A DNA stretch of 64,000 bases, taken from the sequence record MK568540.2. One strand, written 5' to 3'. The position numbers and the translations under genes were made by a program. Position 1 is the stretch's first letter. Each line of letters opens with the position of its first letter. Under the pieces are notes generated by a model. That model was not told where the DNA came from. It did not search any database and saw only the letters and a list, made by a program, of their open reading frames with translations. Below, piece by piece: positions 9,033 through 18,722 of the stretch.

Positions 9033-9499
9033 TCAATCACCTTTAGAGGCTCGAATCGTACCGAGTCTTCCTTAGTTGCCCATGCTTGGTAAACTCGTTT
9101 CTTTGAGTTCTCTGTTTCGATGCGATTTTTGATGGCTGATTCAGCTAAAGCGCGTGCACCAGATTCGGTTTCATCACACCAACCACTCGGCTCCCAATGA
9201 TCGAAGATAATACCTTCGTTGAGTTCTTGAGTGTACCAGTAGTAGCCGTTACCTAATTCACCACAATCGCGACCGTAATCTTTGTTGTATTCATACACAA
9301 CACGATATTTCAGTAGCGGTTTTTCAGCTAAAGGGTCTGATTGAATCACTTTAGTACCGACTACACCTAGTGCAACTGCGATTAAAATTGATACAAGTGG
9401 CTTTGCTTTTACAAATTCGTTTACTTTTTCTAACATTGTTTTACTCTCTTGTTGTGGTTCATGGGTGTTGACTGGCATCCCGTTTTCATAAATGATCAT
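9029..9499 (-). CDS. hypothetical membrane-anchored protein
   Basis: 156 aa, one TM segment, ATGA overlap. Confidence 0.7.
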   Translation of the reverse strand: MIIYENGMPVNTHEPQQESKTMLEKVNEFVKAKPLVSILIAVALGVVGTKVIQSDPLAEKPLLKYRVVYEYNKDYGRDCGELGNGYYWYTQELNEGIIFDHWEPSGWCDETESGARALAESAIKNRIETENSKKRVYQAWATKEDSVRFEPLKVIE

Positions 9500-9978
9500 A
9501 ATTTCAAGCTAGAATAGTTGATAATTACCATCGATGTGTGAATGTACGACTGTGCAAGCTGACCGTTGTCTTCTGAGTAATTGTACGTGAACGCATAACC
9601 TTCAGTATACGGGTGCTTTGTAATACCAGTCACGCGAACAATATCTTGACCGCCTTTAAACGGTTTGCCTGATTTCTTCACTACGTCTTTGCCGATTGCA
9701 TGTAACGGGTCGTTGATTTCGCATAGAGTTTTGTCAATGCGCTTTTCGATACAACTAATTTCAGCTAAAATCTTTTCGTTCATTTCGTCGCGTTTCTGCC
9801 ACATGTACTGAATGTTGTCTGGTAAAGCAGACATGACACGCTGACCACGATGAGACAAATCATCGTTTAATGCTTCTTGGAAGCTAATGACTGGATCAAA
9901 CAATCTAACTGCTGCTCTTACGCGCATTGCTTGACGTGCAAATTCTTCTTGTGATTTCATTTCCAAAACTCCCACCAT
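9496..9978 (-). CDS. hypothetical protein
   Basis: ORF; true start probably MKSQEE (~9960). Confidence 0.65.
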   Translation of the reverse strand: MVGVLEMKSQEEFARQAMRVRAAVRLFDPVISFQEALNDDLSHRGQRVMSALPDNIQYMWQKRDEMNEKILAEISCIEKRIDKTLCEINDPLHAIGKDVVKKSGKPFKGGQDIVRVTGITKHPYTEGYAFTYNYSEDNGQLAQSYIHTSMVIINYSSLKL

Positions 9979-10424
9979 TTCTTTTCTTTTTTCTGAGTCT
10001 CACCTAGGACTACTACACCAATACCGCGATCACGCTCTGTTTGAGAACGAAGTGAATCTGTTTTAGATTGCTCGACATGTTGAATTTTCGTCGCTTTCTT
10101 TTTCGGCTTGAACTTTTTAGCAATAGTTTCTTGCGTTCGAGACTTCTTGAATTCCATTGCTTCTGTATATGCAGCACGTAATTGACGAGATTGCTCAGTT
10201 GTGAATACGCGCTCTGTTGTGTTCCCGTTCCAAATATCACGAAAGTCACTGCGCCATAAGCAAACACCATTGTCAAAATCAACTCGATATGTGGTTGTTT
10301 CGAATTTATCAGGTGTCTCTCGCATAACACGACACATTTCATCAACGGTGTCTTGCATTTTGTGTCGTTTAGGTTCTTGTTTTGAGCGACCTTCAAGCTC
10401 GTAATCAGACCAACCTTTAGTCAT
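9957..10424 (-). CDS. hypothetical protein
   Basis: 155 aa, ends KKWWEFWK. Confidence 0.7.
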   Translation of the reverse strand: MTKGWSDYELEGRSKQEPKRHKMQDTVDEMCRVMRETPDKFETTTYRVDFDNGVCLWRSDFRDIWNGNTTERVFTTEQSRQLRAAYTEAMEFKKSRTQETIAKKFKPKKKATKIQHVEQSKTDSLRSQTERDRGIGVVVLGETQKKEKKWWEFWK

Positions 10425-10764
10425 TTTTAACCTCTATTTTTATCTCGTGAAGATAATTACCAGGTGAACGATTATCTTTTGAACCGTAACCAAGACGAAC
10501 GTGCAACACGTTTTCAGACGACTCAAGTACAATGTGACGATTGAACTGTCGCATGTAAGAGCCACTGCTTCGATCTAAAATCGACTGTTCGACGACTGCG
10601 ACAATGTGTTCTAGATCATCGTGCTCGTACTCAGGTAGCTTTTCGCCGTTTTTCTGAACGCCAGTCAGTAAGTACTTGCCTTCTTTAAGACATTCAGTGC
10701 TATTCCAGAATGTATCTTCTGTGATGTCGCCTACAGTGAGGCGACTAACGTCTTTTTTAATCAT
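10417..10764 (-). CDS. hypothetical protein
   Basis: 115 aa, coupled overlap. Confidence 0.65.
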   Translation of the reverse strand: MIKKDVSRLTVGDITEDTFWNSTECLKEGKYLLTGVQKNGEKLPEYEHDDLEHIVAVVEQSILDRSSGSYMRQFNRHIVLESSENVLHVRLGYGSKDNRSPGNYLHEIKIEVKND

Positions 10765-10767
10765 AAT

Positions 10768-11097
10768 CTACTTCTTAAAAATTTGAAATGATGCATGTGC
10801 ATAACGACACCACGGTTTGTTGTACTCGACAACATAGTCATTTGGAAGCATGTCGTTAAACTCGCGTAGAACCTTCTGTATCGTCTTCTCAGGGACAGAA
10901 AGACGTATCCCGACAAATCGTACGCTCTTACCAGAAATGTTGCTACGATGCGTTGACGTGCGTTTCTCGCGGTAAAGCTTGCCATAACCAACGTTGTTAC
11001 TACGCAGTACTTCTTTGAACAGCTTAGTCACTAAATCATTTGATGATACAGAAGCGTGACCGAAGTGAATATCGCTTGTCATAGTAATTTTTGTCAT
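10768..11097 (-). CDS. hypothetical protein
   Basis: start refined to MTKITM after GAGAAAATTATG leader. Confidence 0.65.
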   Translation of the reverse strand: MTKITMTSDIHFGHASVSSNDLVTKLFKEVLRSNNVGYGKLYREKRTSTHRSNISGKSVRFVGIRLSVPEKTIQKVLREFNDMLPNDYVVEYNKPWCRYAHASFQIFKK

Positions 11098-11114
11098 AAT
11101 TTTCTCTTTCTGTG

Positions 11115-11161
11115 TTTCGTTTCGATATACACATAATAGGTAAATTCTAAACACTCGTCAA
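11115..11161 (-). promoter_or_regulatory. early promoter cassette
   Basis: TTGACG(11156-61)-17-TATTAT(11133-38), ATCGAAACGAAA leader. Confidence 0.75.
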
Positions 11162-11176
11162 GAACTTTTTCAAATA

Positions 11177-11223
11177 TTTTCTTCAGACCTAAAAAAGCCC
11201 CGATTAAGGGGCTTTTATTAACG
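11177..11223 (-). terminator. intrinsic terminator, 47-bp block repeated at 32013
   Basis: aaaaaagcccc-gattaa-ggggctttt; 46/47 identical to 32013..32059. Confidence 0.8.
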
Positions 11224-11568
11224 CCAGTCTTTGAAAGACTCGTATGGTGTTTTCTCTATAGTAAAGACAGTTTTACCGTAAATGCGATTGATTTTGTCTA
11301 CAGACCAACCTTTCAAGAACTTTTGAACATACTCACGCGGGATGATTTGGTCAATCATCAAGTATCGAGTATGAGAGTTGTAATTTGATTTTGTATCGTC
11401 GAGCATGTCTAGCTCGTAATCTCGATTACCGAATTGGTCTTCTTTTAATAGCAAGCGACACTTCACTTGTGGTTTGCGATCTGTTACTGTCCACAGATCT
11501 ATGTTTTCAGAACGACCTATGACTTTCCAGTGCTTCTTAGAAAATAATTGTGTTATCAAATTAATCAT
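11218..11568 (-). CDS. hypothetical protein (similar to 7933..8361)
   Basis: 116 aa. Confidence 0.65.
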   Translation of the reverse strand: MINLITQLFSKKHWKVIGRSENIDLWTVTDRKPQVKCRLLLKEDQFGNRDYELDMLDDTKSNYNSHTRYLMIDQIIPREYVQKFLKGWSVDKINRIYGKTVFTIEKTPYESFKDWR

Positions 11569-11812
11569 AAGTCCCTACTACCTTTCTAAACTTTCGCGCT
11601 TTTCTGCGTTCTTTTCGCTCTTCTAGTTGCAAGAACTCAACAAGTGCTTCGACATTATCTCTCTCAACGACATAACTACCGCCGTAACCATTCGGTTTAG
11701 TCACGGTTGACCAGAATGGCCAATACCAAGTTCTTGCTTGAATTCGATATGTCTTTTGCCCATAACCGTCTTCTAATTCAATAAATCTGATTTTCATCAT
11801 GACTCCAACCAT
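11561..11812 (-). CDS. hypothetical protein
   Basis: ~80 aa, start probably MMKIRF. Confidence 0.6.
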   Translation of the reverse strand: MVGVMMKIRFIELEDGYGQKTYRIQARTWYWPFWSTVTKPNGYGGSYVVERDNVEALVEFLQLEERKERRKARKFRKVVGTYD

Positions 11813-12330
11813 TTTAGCGTGCGTTCTAAACGCTTCGGGTTAAACCAATTATTGATAAAGTCTTTGCAATTGCTCTGACCGCGTTTCTTCACGCCACAGA
11901 AACGATGTTGGTAAGTTTTCTTGATGACTTTCTCACCACACCCAGGGCATTCAAACTCATCACCAATTGACATTTCATCTGCAATCATGTAACGAGTCTT
12001 TGCAAGTTTCTTACGTTCCGCGTATGACATACCAACATCTACCATTAGATGATTCTGATACACTTTGTGTCTCGCTACGTCAGGGTAGTTATCAAATGTG
12101 ATTTTTAGATAACGCTCTGATGGCTGTGTCATCTTTTGCAACAACTCGCGTTTGATTCGGAACATATCGAACATGTCATCGACGGGATGAAGAGAAATAA
12201 ACTCTTCATCTTCGTCTAGTTCTGAAACGTTACGGGGTGTAACGTCACGTTGCATGAGAGTTTTCACCAAATCTTCAAGCTTGGATACTCGCCTTTTCAA
12301 CGCGATGATTTCTGCTCTATGACTATTCAT
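11797..12330 (-). CDS. hypothetical protein with C-terminal Zn-ribbon
   Basis: CPGCG...RFC...NC motif. Confidence 0.7.
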   Translation of the reverse strand: MNSHRAEIIALKRRVSKLEDLVKTLMQRDVTPRNVSELDEDEEFISLHPVDDMFDMFRIKRELLQKMTQPSERYLKITFDNYPDVARHKVYQNHLMVDVGMSYAERKKLAKTRYMIADEMSIGDEFECPGCGEKVIKKTYQHRFCGVKKRGQSNCKDFINNWFNPKRLERTLKWLES

Positions 12331-12813
12331 TTACTCACCAAATGTAATTGCTTTGTTTTGTGTCGGCGATGCGAAACGAATCAAGTGGCTGAACTTCAGT
12401 AAGATTTCCTCTTGACTAAAGTAATACCCGCCAATGAAACAGCCGTTTTCATGATCTGGTCGTAGTGAAACGCTCATCAACGGCCCACCTGCAAGTTCCA
12501 TGCACTTTTGTAAACCCGCAGCGGTATCCCAAAGATTACCTTTGAATTCTTCATAGTGATAACCTTTGTTCTTGAATACAGTACCACCTTTCATTCGGAG
12601 CTTGAATGTGCGCCCCGCAAACCCACCTTGCTCGCCGATTGTAAAGTGACGCCAAACACCGTCTGTGTTACTGATCAGAAAACGACCGTGGCGTTCATAT
12701 ACTGCTTCGGCTGGAAGTCGATCTACAATTAGATTGAAACTACCTTGTGCGATTGATGAACCGCACATCATACCAGTTGTTAAATTGTTAATGTGAATTG
12801 CATATACTTTCAT
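12331..12813 (-). CDS. hypothetical protein
   Basis: 160 aa, translational coupling. Confidence 0.7.
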   Translation of the reverse strand: MKVYAIHINNLTTGMMCGSSIAQGSFNLIVDRLPAEAVYERHGRFLISNTDGVWRHFTIGEQGGFAGRTFKLRMKGGTVFKNKGYHYEEFKGNLWDTAAGLQKCMELAGGPLMSVSLRPDHENGCFIGGYYFSQEEILLKFSHLIRFASPTQNKAITFGE

Positions 12814-13637
12814 TACGCACCTACAATGTGTTTTAAGTCACGAGCAATTTTCTCGTAACGTTCTGCCATGATTTCGTTCGTTACGCTTTCGCGCATTGAA
12901 ACAAGCGTGTCACCTCGCAATGCATTCGCTTCTTTCTCAAGCTGCTCGATGTACATGCGAATGTTATTAACCAACCCATCTGCAACATCGTGATTCCATG
13001 CCATTCGCTTATTGCTAAATCGCTTATCTTCTGTCACTTCACGAATGAACTCGAACGGAGCGACGAATGCATCTGCATCTTCTTCGTTATTGAATTCAGC
13101 TTCGATGATGTAAAACGGGCGATTGGTGAATCGATCAGCGTCATAATGCACGTCATCAACTTCACCAGACCAACGAACTTTTTTAATCAAACCAGTTGGT
13201 GTCACTTCAGTTGTATTGTGATTGAGCTTGTCATCTTTCTCAATCGCATCAACGATCAAATCTGTATAACCATACTCTAGTGGAATGTTGATTTCACGCT
13301 TTGAAATTCCGTCACCGTGAGGTAACTTGATAGTGAATTCAAGACTTTCAGATGAATCTTCATGCACAGTTCGACGCATACGAGCACCGAGCTTACGTAG
13401 ATTCACGCCAGTTAAGTCAGGGCAATCTTTCGGTGCTTTGATTAGATAACCGCGATGTGCCTTCACTCGACTGTTGACGTAAAACGAACCATCAATAAAA
13501 GCGATTTCATTTTTCTTGAAATAACGTTGATATATGTTCATTCCCGTGGTGTCGCTGTCACGATAGCTCAGCCAGTTTACAAATTCGCGATATTGTTCGC
13601 CAGTAACTAGCCATTTACGTTCGATTTCAATTTCCAT
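12813..13637 (-). CDS. CYTH-domain (triphosphate tunnel) protein
   Basis: EIERKW N-terminal ExExK, TIK, RE.NI.L, K.R, IEAEF, EVT.D.RFSN motifs. Confidence 0.8.
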   Translation of the reverse strand: MEIEIERKWLVTGEQYREFVNWLSYRDSDTTGMNIYQRYFKKNEIAFIDGSFYVNSRVKAHRGYLIKAPKDCPDLTGVNLRKLGARMRRTVHEDSSESLEFTIKLPHGDGISKREINIPLEYGYTDLIVDAIEKDDKLNHNTTEVTPTGLIKKVRWSGEVDDVHYDADRFTNRPFYIIEAEFNNEEDADAFVAPFEFIREVTEDKRFSNKRMAWNHDVADGLVNNIRMYIEQLEKEANALRGDTLVSMRESVTNEIMAERYEKIARDLKHIVGA

Positions 13638-13924
13638 TAGTCTGCCGCTCGTGTAATAAAGTTGTCGTTTTCATCAAGTCCGTGATGTACACGGTAGTGC
13701 TCATCAACTAATTGCTTAACAGTCGTTGCGTTTAACCCGCGTGAAGCTTCGATAAGTTTAATATCGTGCTCGATTGATGTAATCTGTACTGCAATGTCAG
13801 AAATGATTTTCTGAACAACTGCAATTTCACCACCTTGTTTGTGAGGCAATGCTACAACCCACCCAAATTGTTTTTTCTTCAGAGATTCGAGCTTTTCATT
13901 TAGTAATTCTAACGTGTACTGCAT
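13637..13924 (-). CDS. hypothetical protein
   Basis: 95 aa, TAATG coupling. Confidence 0.65.
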   Translation of the reverse strand: MQYTLELLNEKLESLKKKQFGWVVALPHKQGGEIAVVQKIISDIAVQITSIEHDIKLIEASRGLNATTVKQLVDEHYRVHHGLDENDNFITRAAD

Positions 13925-14193
13925 TAGATAGTCTCCACTGTTTTGTCTATCTTACCACATTTCACGCACGTCATAATGATAATACGCTTGCGTGACGTGA
14001 GTTCTTGCATGTGATATGAGTTACGAGGTGTTGGGACGTTGCCTGTCATTTCGCCGTATACTTCACCACTTGATTTCGTTGTTTCGTCTTTGACGATCAT
14101 CCAGTCATGCTTGCAGTCTTTTTTGCAAGTCAGATATATGGCAATACAAGCACATACTCCCGAGAAAATAAGCCATTCCATGATTAACCCCAC
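13924..14193 (-). CDS. small membrane-anchored Cys/His protein
   Basis: TM then CKHDW...CVKCGK. Confidence 0.65.
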   Translation of the reverse strand: MGLIMEWLIFSGVCACIAIYLTCKKDCKHDWMIVKDETTKSSGEVYGEMTGNVPTPRNSYHMQELTSRKRIIIMTCVKCGKIDKTVETI

Positions 14194-14636
14194 TTACGGT
14201 CAAATGTCACTGTGTTGATGATGTAGTCTTGACTAGCACTGCACCACTCGATTGTGTAACGCTGCTCGTGCGTGCATAGACGATCTTCATTCCATCTTTC
14301 AGCACAATTGTTGATAAGATCTTCAACGTCAGCGATTGTACGTTCGCTTGCACGCTCTGAGAAAAGCACATCAAATGAATCTTCTGTAATGATAACAATC
14401 GTGTAGCTGTTTTTATGAAAGTTGATTGTCGCATCTAGCGGTTCGAGTACATTAAAGTGATCACATAGCGGTATGCTAGGGTGAACTGCATCAAAAACAA
14501 ATTGATTGTACTTCGCAGCAAACAAACGAATGCCAGTGCCTTCGACGTTAGAGATCATTTCTTCCCAAATTCGAAGACCGGTTTGTCGCTCAACATCTTG
14601 AAAAGACCAAAGTACAGGTGATAATGAGTAAATCAT
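14184..14636 (-). CDS. hypothetical protein
   Basis: start refined to MIYSLS after AAGGAG SD. Confidence 0.6.
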   Translation of the reverse strand: MIYSLSPVLWSFQDVERQTGLRIWEEMISNVEGTGIRLFAAKYNQFVFDAVHPSIPLCDHFNVLEPLDATINFHKNSYTIVIITEDSFDVLFSERASERTIADVEDLINNCAERWNEDRLCTHEQRYTIEWCSASQDYIINTVTFDRKWG

Positions 14637-14646
14637 AATGCGCTCC

Positions 14647-14955
14647 TTATAGTGCGATACCGTGAACAGATTCTGTGTCGTTTTCTTCGTAGATTTCAAA
14701 AAGCATTTCTGACATTGATTCGTTGAAGATAAGACCGATTTCATCGACGTGATCGAAGTCACTTGCTTGAACTGCTTTTGCTAATGCAAGAACATCTTCG
14801 CGTGACAACTCAAGATGGTACAACAACTCAAGTTCATACACAGTAGAGTCGAGAACTGTCTTTGTTTTAACAAAGTTCATGATTGGAGCACTTAGTGCTG
14901 AATCAAGTACGCAGAAGATAGCTAGTTGTTCTTTGTTTGTAGATAGTGTAATCAT
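14647..14955 (-). CDS. hypothetical protein
   Basis: start refined to MITLST after cassette leader. Confidence 0.7.
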   Translation of the reverse strand: MITLSTNKEQLAIFCVLDSALSAPIMNFVKTKTVLDSTVYELELLYHLELSREDVLALAKAVQASDFDHVDEIGLIFNESMSEMLFEIYEENDTESVHGIAL

Positions 14956-14975
14956 AATGTTCTCTTTAGTCGTTG

Positions 14976-15028
14976 TCGTTTCGATGTAGCTATAATACAA
15001 AAAAGGGCTGACATCTGTCAACCCTTTT
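14976..15028 (-). promoter_or_regulatory. fused terminator/early promoter cassette
   Basis: TTGACA(15016-21)-18-TATTAT(14992-97) in hairpin gggttgaca/tgtcagccc + T6; CTACATCGAAACGA leader. Confidence 0.8.
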
Positions 15029-15197
15029 CGAAAAGTTTTTTGATTTTGTCTATAAGTGACGGAGGCACGATAACTGGCTTTTCTTCTTCAGTGTAGCCAA
15101 TAAATGGTCTGCGTGCTAAACTGTAGCAGTCATTGCACAGAATCATACCAACACCATCACTGTACCCGTCAGGGTGTCCGCAGATTTCACACTTCAT
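15018..15197 (-). CDS. 59-aa Zn-finger microprotein (not in ORF track)
   Basis: hand-translated MKCEICGHPDG...LCNDCYS; ATGA overlap with upstream stop. Confidence 0.6.
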   Translation of the reverse strand: MKCEICGHPDGYSDGVGMILCNDCYSLARRPFIGYTEEEKPVIVPPSLIDKIKKLFEKG

Positions 15198-15472
15198 AGA
15201 ACAACCCCGACATCTTTCAAGAAAACTTTATTACCTTTGTATTCGAAGTATTTTCCGCGCTTACGATCTTCATGAATCGGTTTAAAGCGAACAATACCAA
15301 TACGACCTGTATCGTTGTTTCGTAATGCATACGCGATGCGTTTTACATTACGTGAAATCTCAGCAATCACCAATTGCTTGTTACCGAGATTCACTTTTGT
15401 ATAAGCAAACGGTACGTGAAACCATTGATAGCTCATTTCATTTCCCGATGCATTAAAGAACGTAGTTTTCAT
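15194..15472 (-). CDS. hypothetical protein
   Basis: 92 aa. Confidence 0.65.
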   Translation of the reverse strand: MKTTFFNASGNEMSYQWFHVPFAYTKVNLGNKQLVIAEISRNVKRIAYALRNNDTGRIGIVRFKPIHEDRKRGKYFEYKGNKVFLKDVGVVL

Positions 15473-15832
15473 CTATACCTCTGAGAGCGTCTGTGCGTCG
15501 ATTTGAGACATTTTGAGTTGAACGGGACCACATACAAAGCCTACGTCTGTTCCGCCCCATATGCCTACGCTACGTTCGTTAGAGCCGCACATACAGAACA
15601 TATATGCTTTGCCTTCGATTAATTTTGGAGGTGGCTTGCGAATTGTACCGAATACGCCATGAACTTCTTCGACTGTATGATAGGCAAAATCGAAATTAGG
15701 AACCATCTGTACGATTCTAGATTCTCGAAATCCCCAATTGGGTTCAGTCTCAGTGACTTTATAATACGCGCCGATCTGATATTCGTTACCAGAAGCGTCT
15801 TTGATTATTTCTTCGGGTTGATAATTTGACAT
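15473..15832 (-). CDS. hypothetical protein
   Basis: 119 aa. Confidence 0.65.
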   Translation of the reverse strand: MSNYQPEEIIKDASGNEYQIGAYYKVTETEPNWGFRESRIVQMVPNFDFAYHTVEEVHGVFGTIRKPPPKLIEGKAYMFCMCGSNERSVGIWGGTDVGFVCGPVQLKMSQIDAQTLSEV

Positions 15833-15834
15833 GA

Positions 15835-16209
15835 TTAGTCTTCACAGTTTTCAAGTTCAATTCGAAGCTCGTTTGTTAGAACGACATCTTCCCAATTTGT
15901 TTCAGGACAACATACAAACCATTTACCGTCTTTAAACATGTAGTTGTATTCTTGCTCGGGGATGTTGTCGATGTAAATCGTAAGGTCTTCACCACGATCA
16001 CGAGCGTAGAAAACGCTATCTTCGATTGTACCACTAAGTGAGCTACATTCACCTTGATCGATAAGTGCATTGATTTCGTTTTCTGTTCGGTAGAACTGAA
16101 GTAGATTGTCAGCAACACCACCATCCCATAAACCACCATCCCAGTGACAGTAGATTGAACGAACTTGACCGTTTTCTTGTGTAATGCTAATGCTTGAATT
16201 TGTGCTCAT
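15835..16209 (-). CDS. conserved phage protein with IYCHWDG motif
   Basis: SIYCHWDG...QEYNYMF..GKW; start refined to MSTNSS. Confidence 0.7.
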   Translation of the reverse strand: MSTNSSISITQENGQVRSIYCHWDGGLWDGGVADNLLQFYRTENEINALIDQGECSSLSGTIEDSVFYARDRGEDLTIYIDNIPEQEYNYMFKDGKWFVCCPETNWEDVVLTNELRIELENCED

Positions 16210-16571
16210 TAAATTGCTTCCCATGTTGTGATTGTTACTTCGTGTGCTGGTTCCCATTCATACTGCTCTAAGCATTCTTGAACTGAGTACCAATAAGGGT
16301 CGATTGCGTCTGATAAGATCCAATAACCGACTAGCTCTGGGTCAATATCTCGCTCTTCGCATGAATCTTGACTTAACCAAGATGTTTTGAATTTAGTATA
16401 CGTGCCTTGTCGTATCTCTATGACATACTTCGCTTGTGGCACGCCCTTTCTATCTGCAAGATTGACAGTATCAATATGCGAGTAGTTGTGCTTGATTTGA
16501 TCAAGCTGCTCTTCAGTGAATACCATAAGTACCTCAATATCCCAAGGAGCTGAAACAGTGTCGCCAGACAC
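16209..16571 (-). CDS. hypothetical protein
   Basis: ~100-120 aa, start uncertain. Confidence 0.6.
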   Translation of the reverse strand: MSGDTVSAPWDIEVLMVFTEEQLDQIKHNYSHIDTVNLADRKGVPQAKYVIEIRQGTYTKFKTSWLSQDSCEERDIDPELVGYWILSDAIDPYWYSVQECLEQYEWEPAHEVTITTWEAI

Positions 16572-16600
16572 TCAGCTCCGCAGGAACGCCGATTTTTGTA

Positions 16601-17335
16601 CTATTTTTGCACAATGTATTCAATTTTGCCATCTACTTCTTGCGGGATTGCTTTCTCAACAACGCCACTGAAAGTAAACTGCTCAAGCGAGATTGCCGCT
16701 TGCTGATCGTCGCCAGTACCGAATTCATTCACCGGTTTCACGTCAACCTTGATGATGTCTTCGGCAGGGACCGGCTCATTTTCAGGGATTGTGTAGAAAA
16801 CACCACCCGTGTGATACAGAAGCTTCCACTTGCCCCAGCCGTCCTCGGTAAACGTCTGAACACGAAAGATAGCGTCGCGCCTTGGCATCTGAATAGTGTA
16901 GCGAGTGTCGCACTCAGGGCAATGACGTACTGTACGACCTTTCATGTCTTGCGAACGCACACTAAGCAATCTGTGATCTTCAGTATGACATAGACATTTA
17001 TCGTCTGGTGTTTGGTAGTGATAGCGCATGATCTCAACTGAGGTCGCAATGCCGCAGAAGTATGGCGCGTGAATTGCTTCTTTCGGCACACGTTCGTCAA
17101 TAACGTAGGCATAACGATAGTTTTGTTGCATATTGTCTCTAAACAACAGCACTTCGATTTGCCCGTCAGGCAAGTAATCGTTAGCAACTAGATGTTTAAG
17201 ATTCTCTGCCCATAAGTTGACAAAGTAATAGCCTTGTGAGTTGCTACAGTAATTGCCGTGTGCGAACGGGAATGAACCTGATACACCACAAAGAGACGAC
17301 ATACCGATTTTTGCTTCGATTTTAGCTTTTTTCAT
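16601..17335 (-). CDS. hypothetical protein with Zn-ribbon
   Basis: 244 aa; CLC...HCPECD. Confidence 0.7.
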   Translation of the reverse strand: MKKAKIEAKIGMSSLCGVSGSFPFAHGNYCSNSQGYYFVNLWAENLKHLVANDYLPDGQIEVLLFRDNMQQNYRYAYVIDERVPKEAIHAPYFCGIATSVEIMRYHYQTPDDKCLCHTEDHRLLSVRSQDMKGRTVRHCPECDTRYTIQMPRRDAIFRVQTFTEDGWGKWKLLYHTGGVFYTIPENEPVPAEDIIKVDVKPVNEFGTGDDQQAAISLEQFTFSGVVEKAIPQEVDGKIEYIVQK

Positions 17336-17492
17336 TAGATGCTATATCCGTGATTAGTGAAACACCGAACCCGATTACAACCATCGCAGGTGCGATGAGC
17401 ATCATTGGGTTGTGTGAGTATAGAGTCGGTGTCATTACACCAACTGCATAGATTGCGACGATTCGAAATAGCGTGAATATTGCTTTAGGCAT
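17322..17492 (-). CDS. 56-aa membrane microprotein (not in ORF track)
   Basis: hand-translated MPKAIFTLFRIVAIYAVG...; two hydrophobic stretches. Confidence 0.5.
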   Translation of the reverse strand: MPKAIFTLFRIVAIYAVGVMTPTLYSHNPMMLIAPAMVVIGFGVSLITDIASNEKS

Positions 17493-17763
17493 TTTTCTTA
17501 CTCATTTTTTCAATGAGGTACGTAATCAGATGTTTTACTGGCGCCTGCACATCTTTAACGAATGTTTTTCTATTATCGAACCACATGTCAAAAATTAGCC
17601 ATGAACTGACACCAATCGCCATCCCAGGTAGCAACCCGATGATTGTCGGTACTGCATGTTCATACATTGACGATGCAATGAATACATTGAACGTGATTAT
17701 AAACGCATGATAGTACGTTAAACATACGTGACGTTTCCATATAATTTCTTTTTGTACTGTCAC
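17485..17763 (-). CDS. membrane protein
   Basis: 92 aa, two TM segments. Confidence 0.65.
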   Translation of the reverse strand: MTVQKEIIWKRHVCLTYYHAFIITFNVFIASSMYEHAVPTIIGLLPGMAIGVSSWLIFDMWFDNRKTFVKDVQAPVKHLITYLIEKMSKKNA

Positions 17764-17765
17764 TA

Positions 17766-18005
17766 CTATTCTCCAAGCTCAAGTACTTCGATGATTTCTG
17801 AAATTGCCATGCCAGCCGCAACATCTGCGCCTAGACGAGCAACAGCCATACCTCTGATTTCGCCTTCAGTTAGACCGTCGATGATCTCAACTGCGTCGCG
17901 AATCGGTGACGTTGCGTGATGCACAGTCTGACCAATCGGGTCGTTGATGAAGTCGTCTACTGTGTTAACTGCACTGTCAAATATATCTTCTACAAAACCA
18001 AACAT
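17766..18005 (-). CDS. hypothetical acidic protein
   Basis: 79 aa, AGGA SD. Confidence 0.7.
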   Translation of the reverse strand: MFGFVEDIFDSAVNTVDDFINDPIGQTVHHATSPIRDAVEIIDGLTEGEIRGMAVARLGADVAAGMAISEIIEVLELGE

Positions 18006-18016
18006 GATGTTTTCCT

Positions 18017-18286
18017 TTAAATGTGTGTTAGTGTTGCGTTGTCAGCTAGACGAAACAGCTCAGTTTCATCTAAGCGAGTACCATCGGTGAAAATGTAAAT
18101 GCTGTCATCGTCATACACGGCAACGAAGTGACCGCGAATCAACCCGACATGAGTCGTAAATACTTCTTCAGTGCGAATATTCTGTACGCGAATTGGCATA
18201 CCGACTTGAACAACTTGTTCAACGTCAAAAACAGTTAGTTTCAACATATTATTTCCCTTGATTGAATAATTCATTCGTACTGTCAA
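18017..18286 (-). CDS. hypothetical protein
   Basis: start probably MLKLTV (~18247). Confidence 0.6.
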   Translation of the reverse strand: MTVRMNYSIKGNNMLKLTVFDVEQVVQVGMPIRVQNIRTEEVFTTHVGLIRGHFVAVYDDDSIYIFTDGTRLDETELFRLADNATLTHI

Positions 18287-18611
18287 TGTACAGTGAACTG
18301 TACTTAGCAGGTCGCTCGAATTTGTACATACCAGTTTCCATTAACTCACCGTTGTCGAGAAACGCATATGTTTCATTTTCAACGTCGATTCGACACAAGC
18401 TAGTGCGATCATCGTTCATAACGCGATACACATTTGAGTGGTCGATTGATGCATTTTCAAGAAACGCTTTTTCGAACTCGTCTAGTGCAACAATCACCCA
18501 GCCGTCAGCTTGGTTGAATTCATTATTGAACCAACCAAGAACAGGTGTCGTGATTTCAAGTTCAATGTGAGTCGTGCTTGTTACTGCATTGTCGCGTAGA
18601 TGAGTTTTCAT
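18249..18611 (-). CDS. hypothetical protein
   Basis: start refined to MKTHLR after cassette leader. Confidence 0.7.
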   Translation of the reverse strand: MKTHLRDNAVTSTTHIELEITTPVLGWFNNEFNQADGWVIVALDEFEKAFLENASIDHSNVYRVMNDDRTSLCRIDVENETYAFLDNGELMETGMYKFERPAKYSSLYIDSTNELFNQGK

Positions 18612-18625
18612 AATGTTCTCTGTAT

Positions 18626-18676
18626 TTCGTTTCGATGTAGCTATATTAGTGGTATTCGTCATTTAATGCAACCACT
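18626..18676 (-). promoter_or_regulatory. early promoter cassette
   Basis: TTGCAT(18666-71)-17-TAATAT(18643-48), CTACATCGAAACGA leader. Confidence 0.8.
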
Positions 18677-18722
18677 TTTTCAAATTATTTTATTCAAACC
18701 GAAAAAAAGACGCCGAAGCGTC

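Noticed and set aside
18017-18611. Possible paralogy of 18017..18286 with the C-half of 18249..18611
   Set aside because: Only a few scattered identities by eye; not supportable without an alignment.
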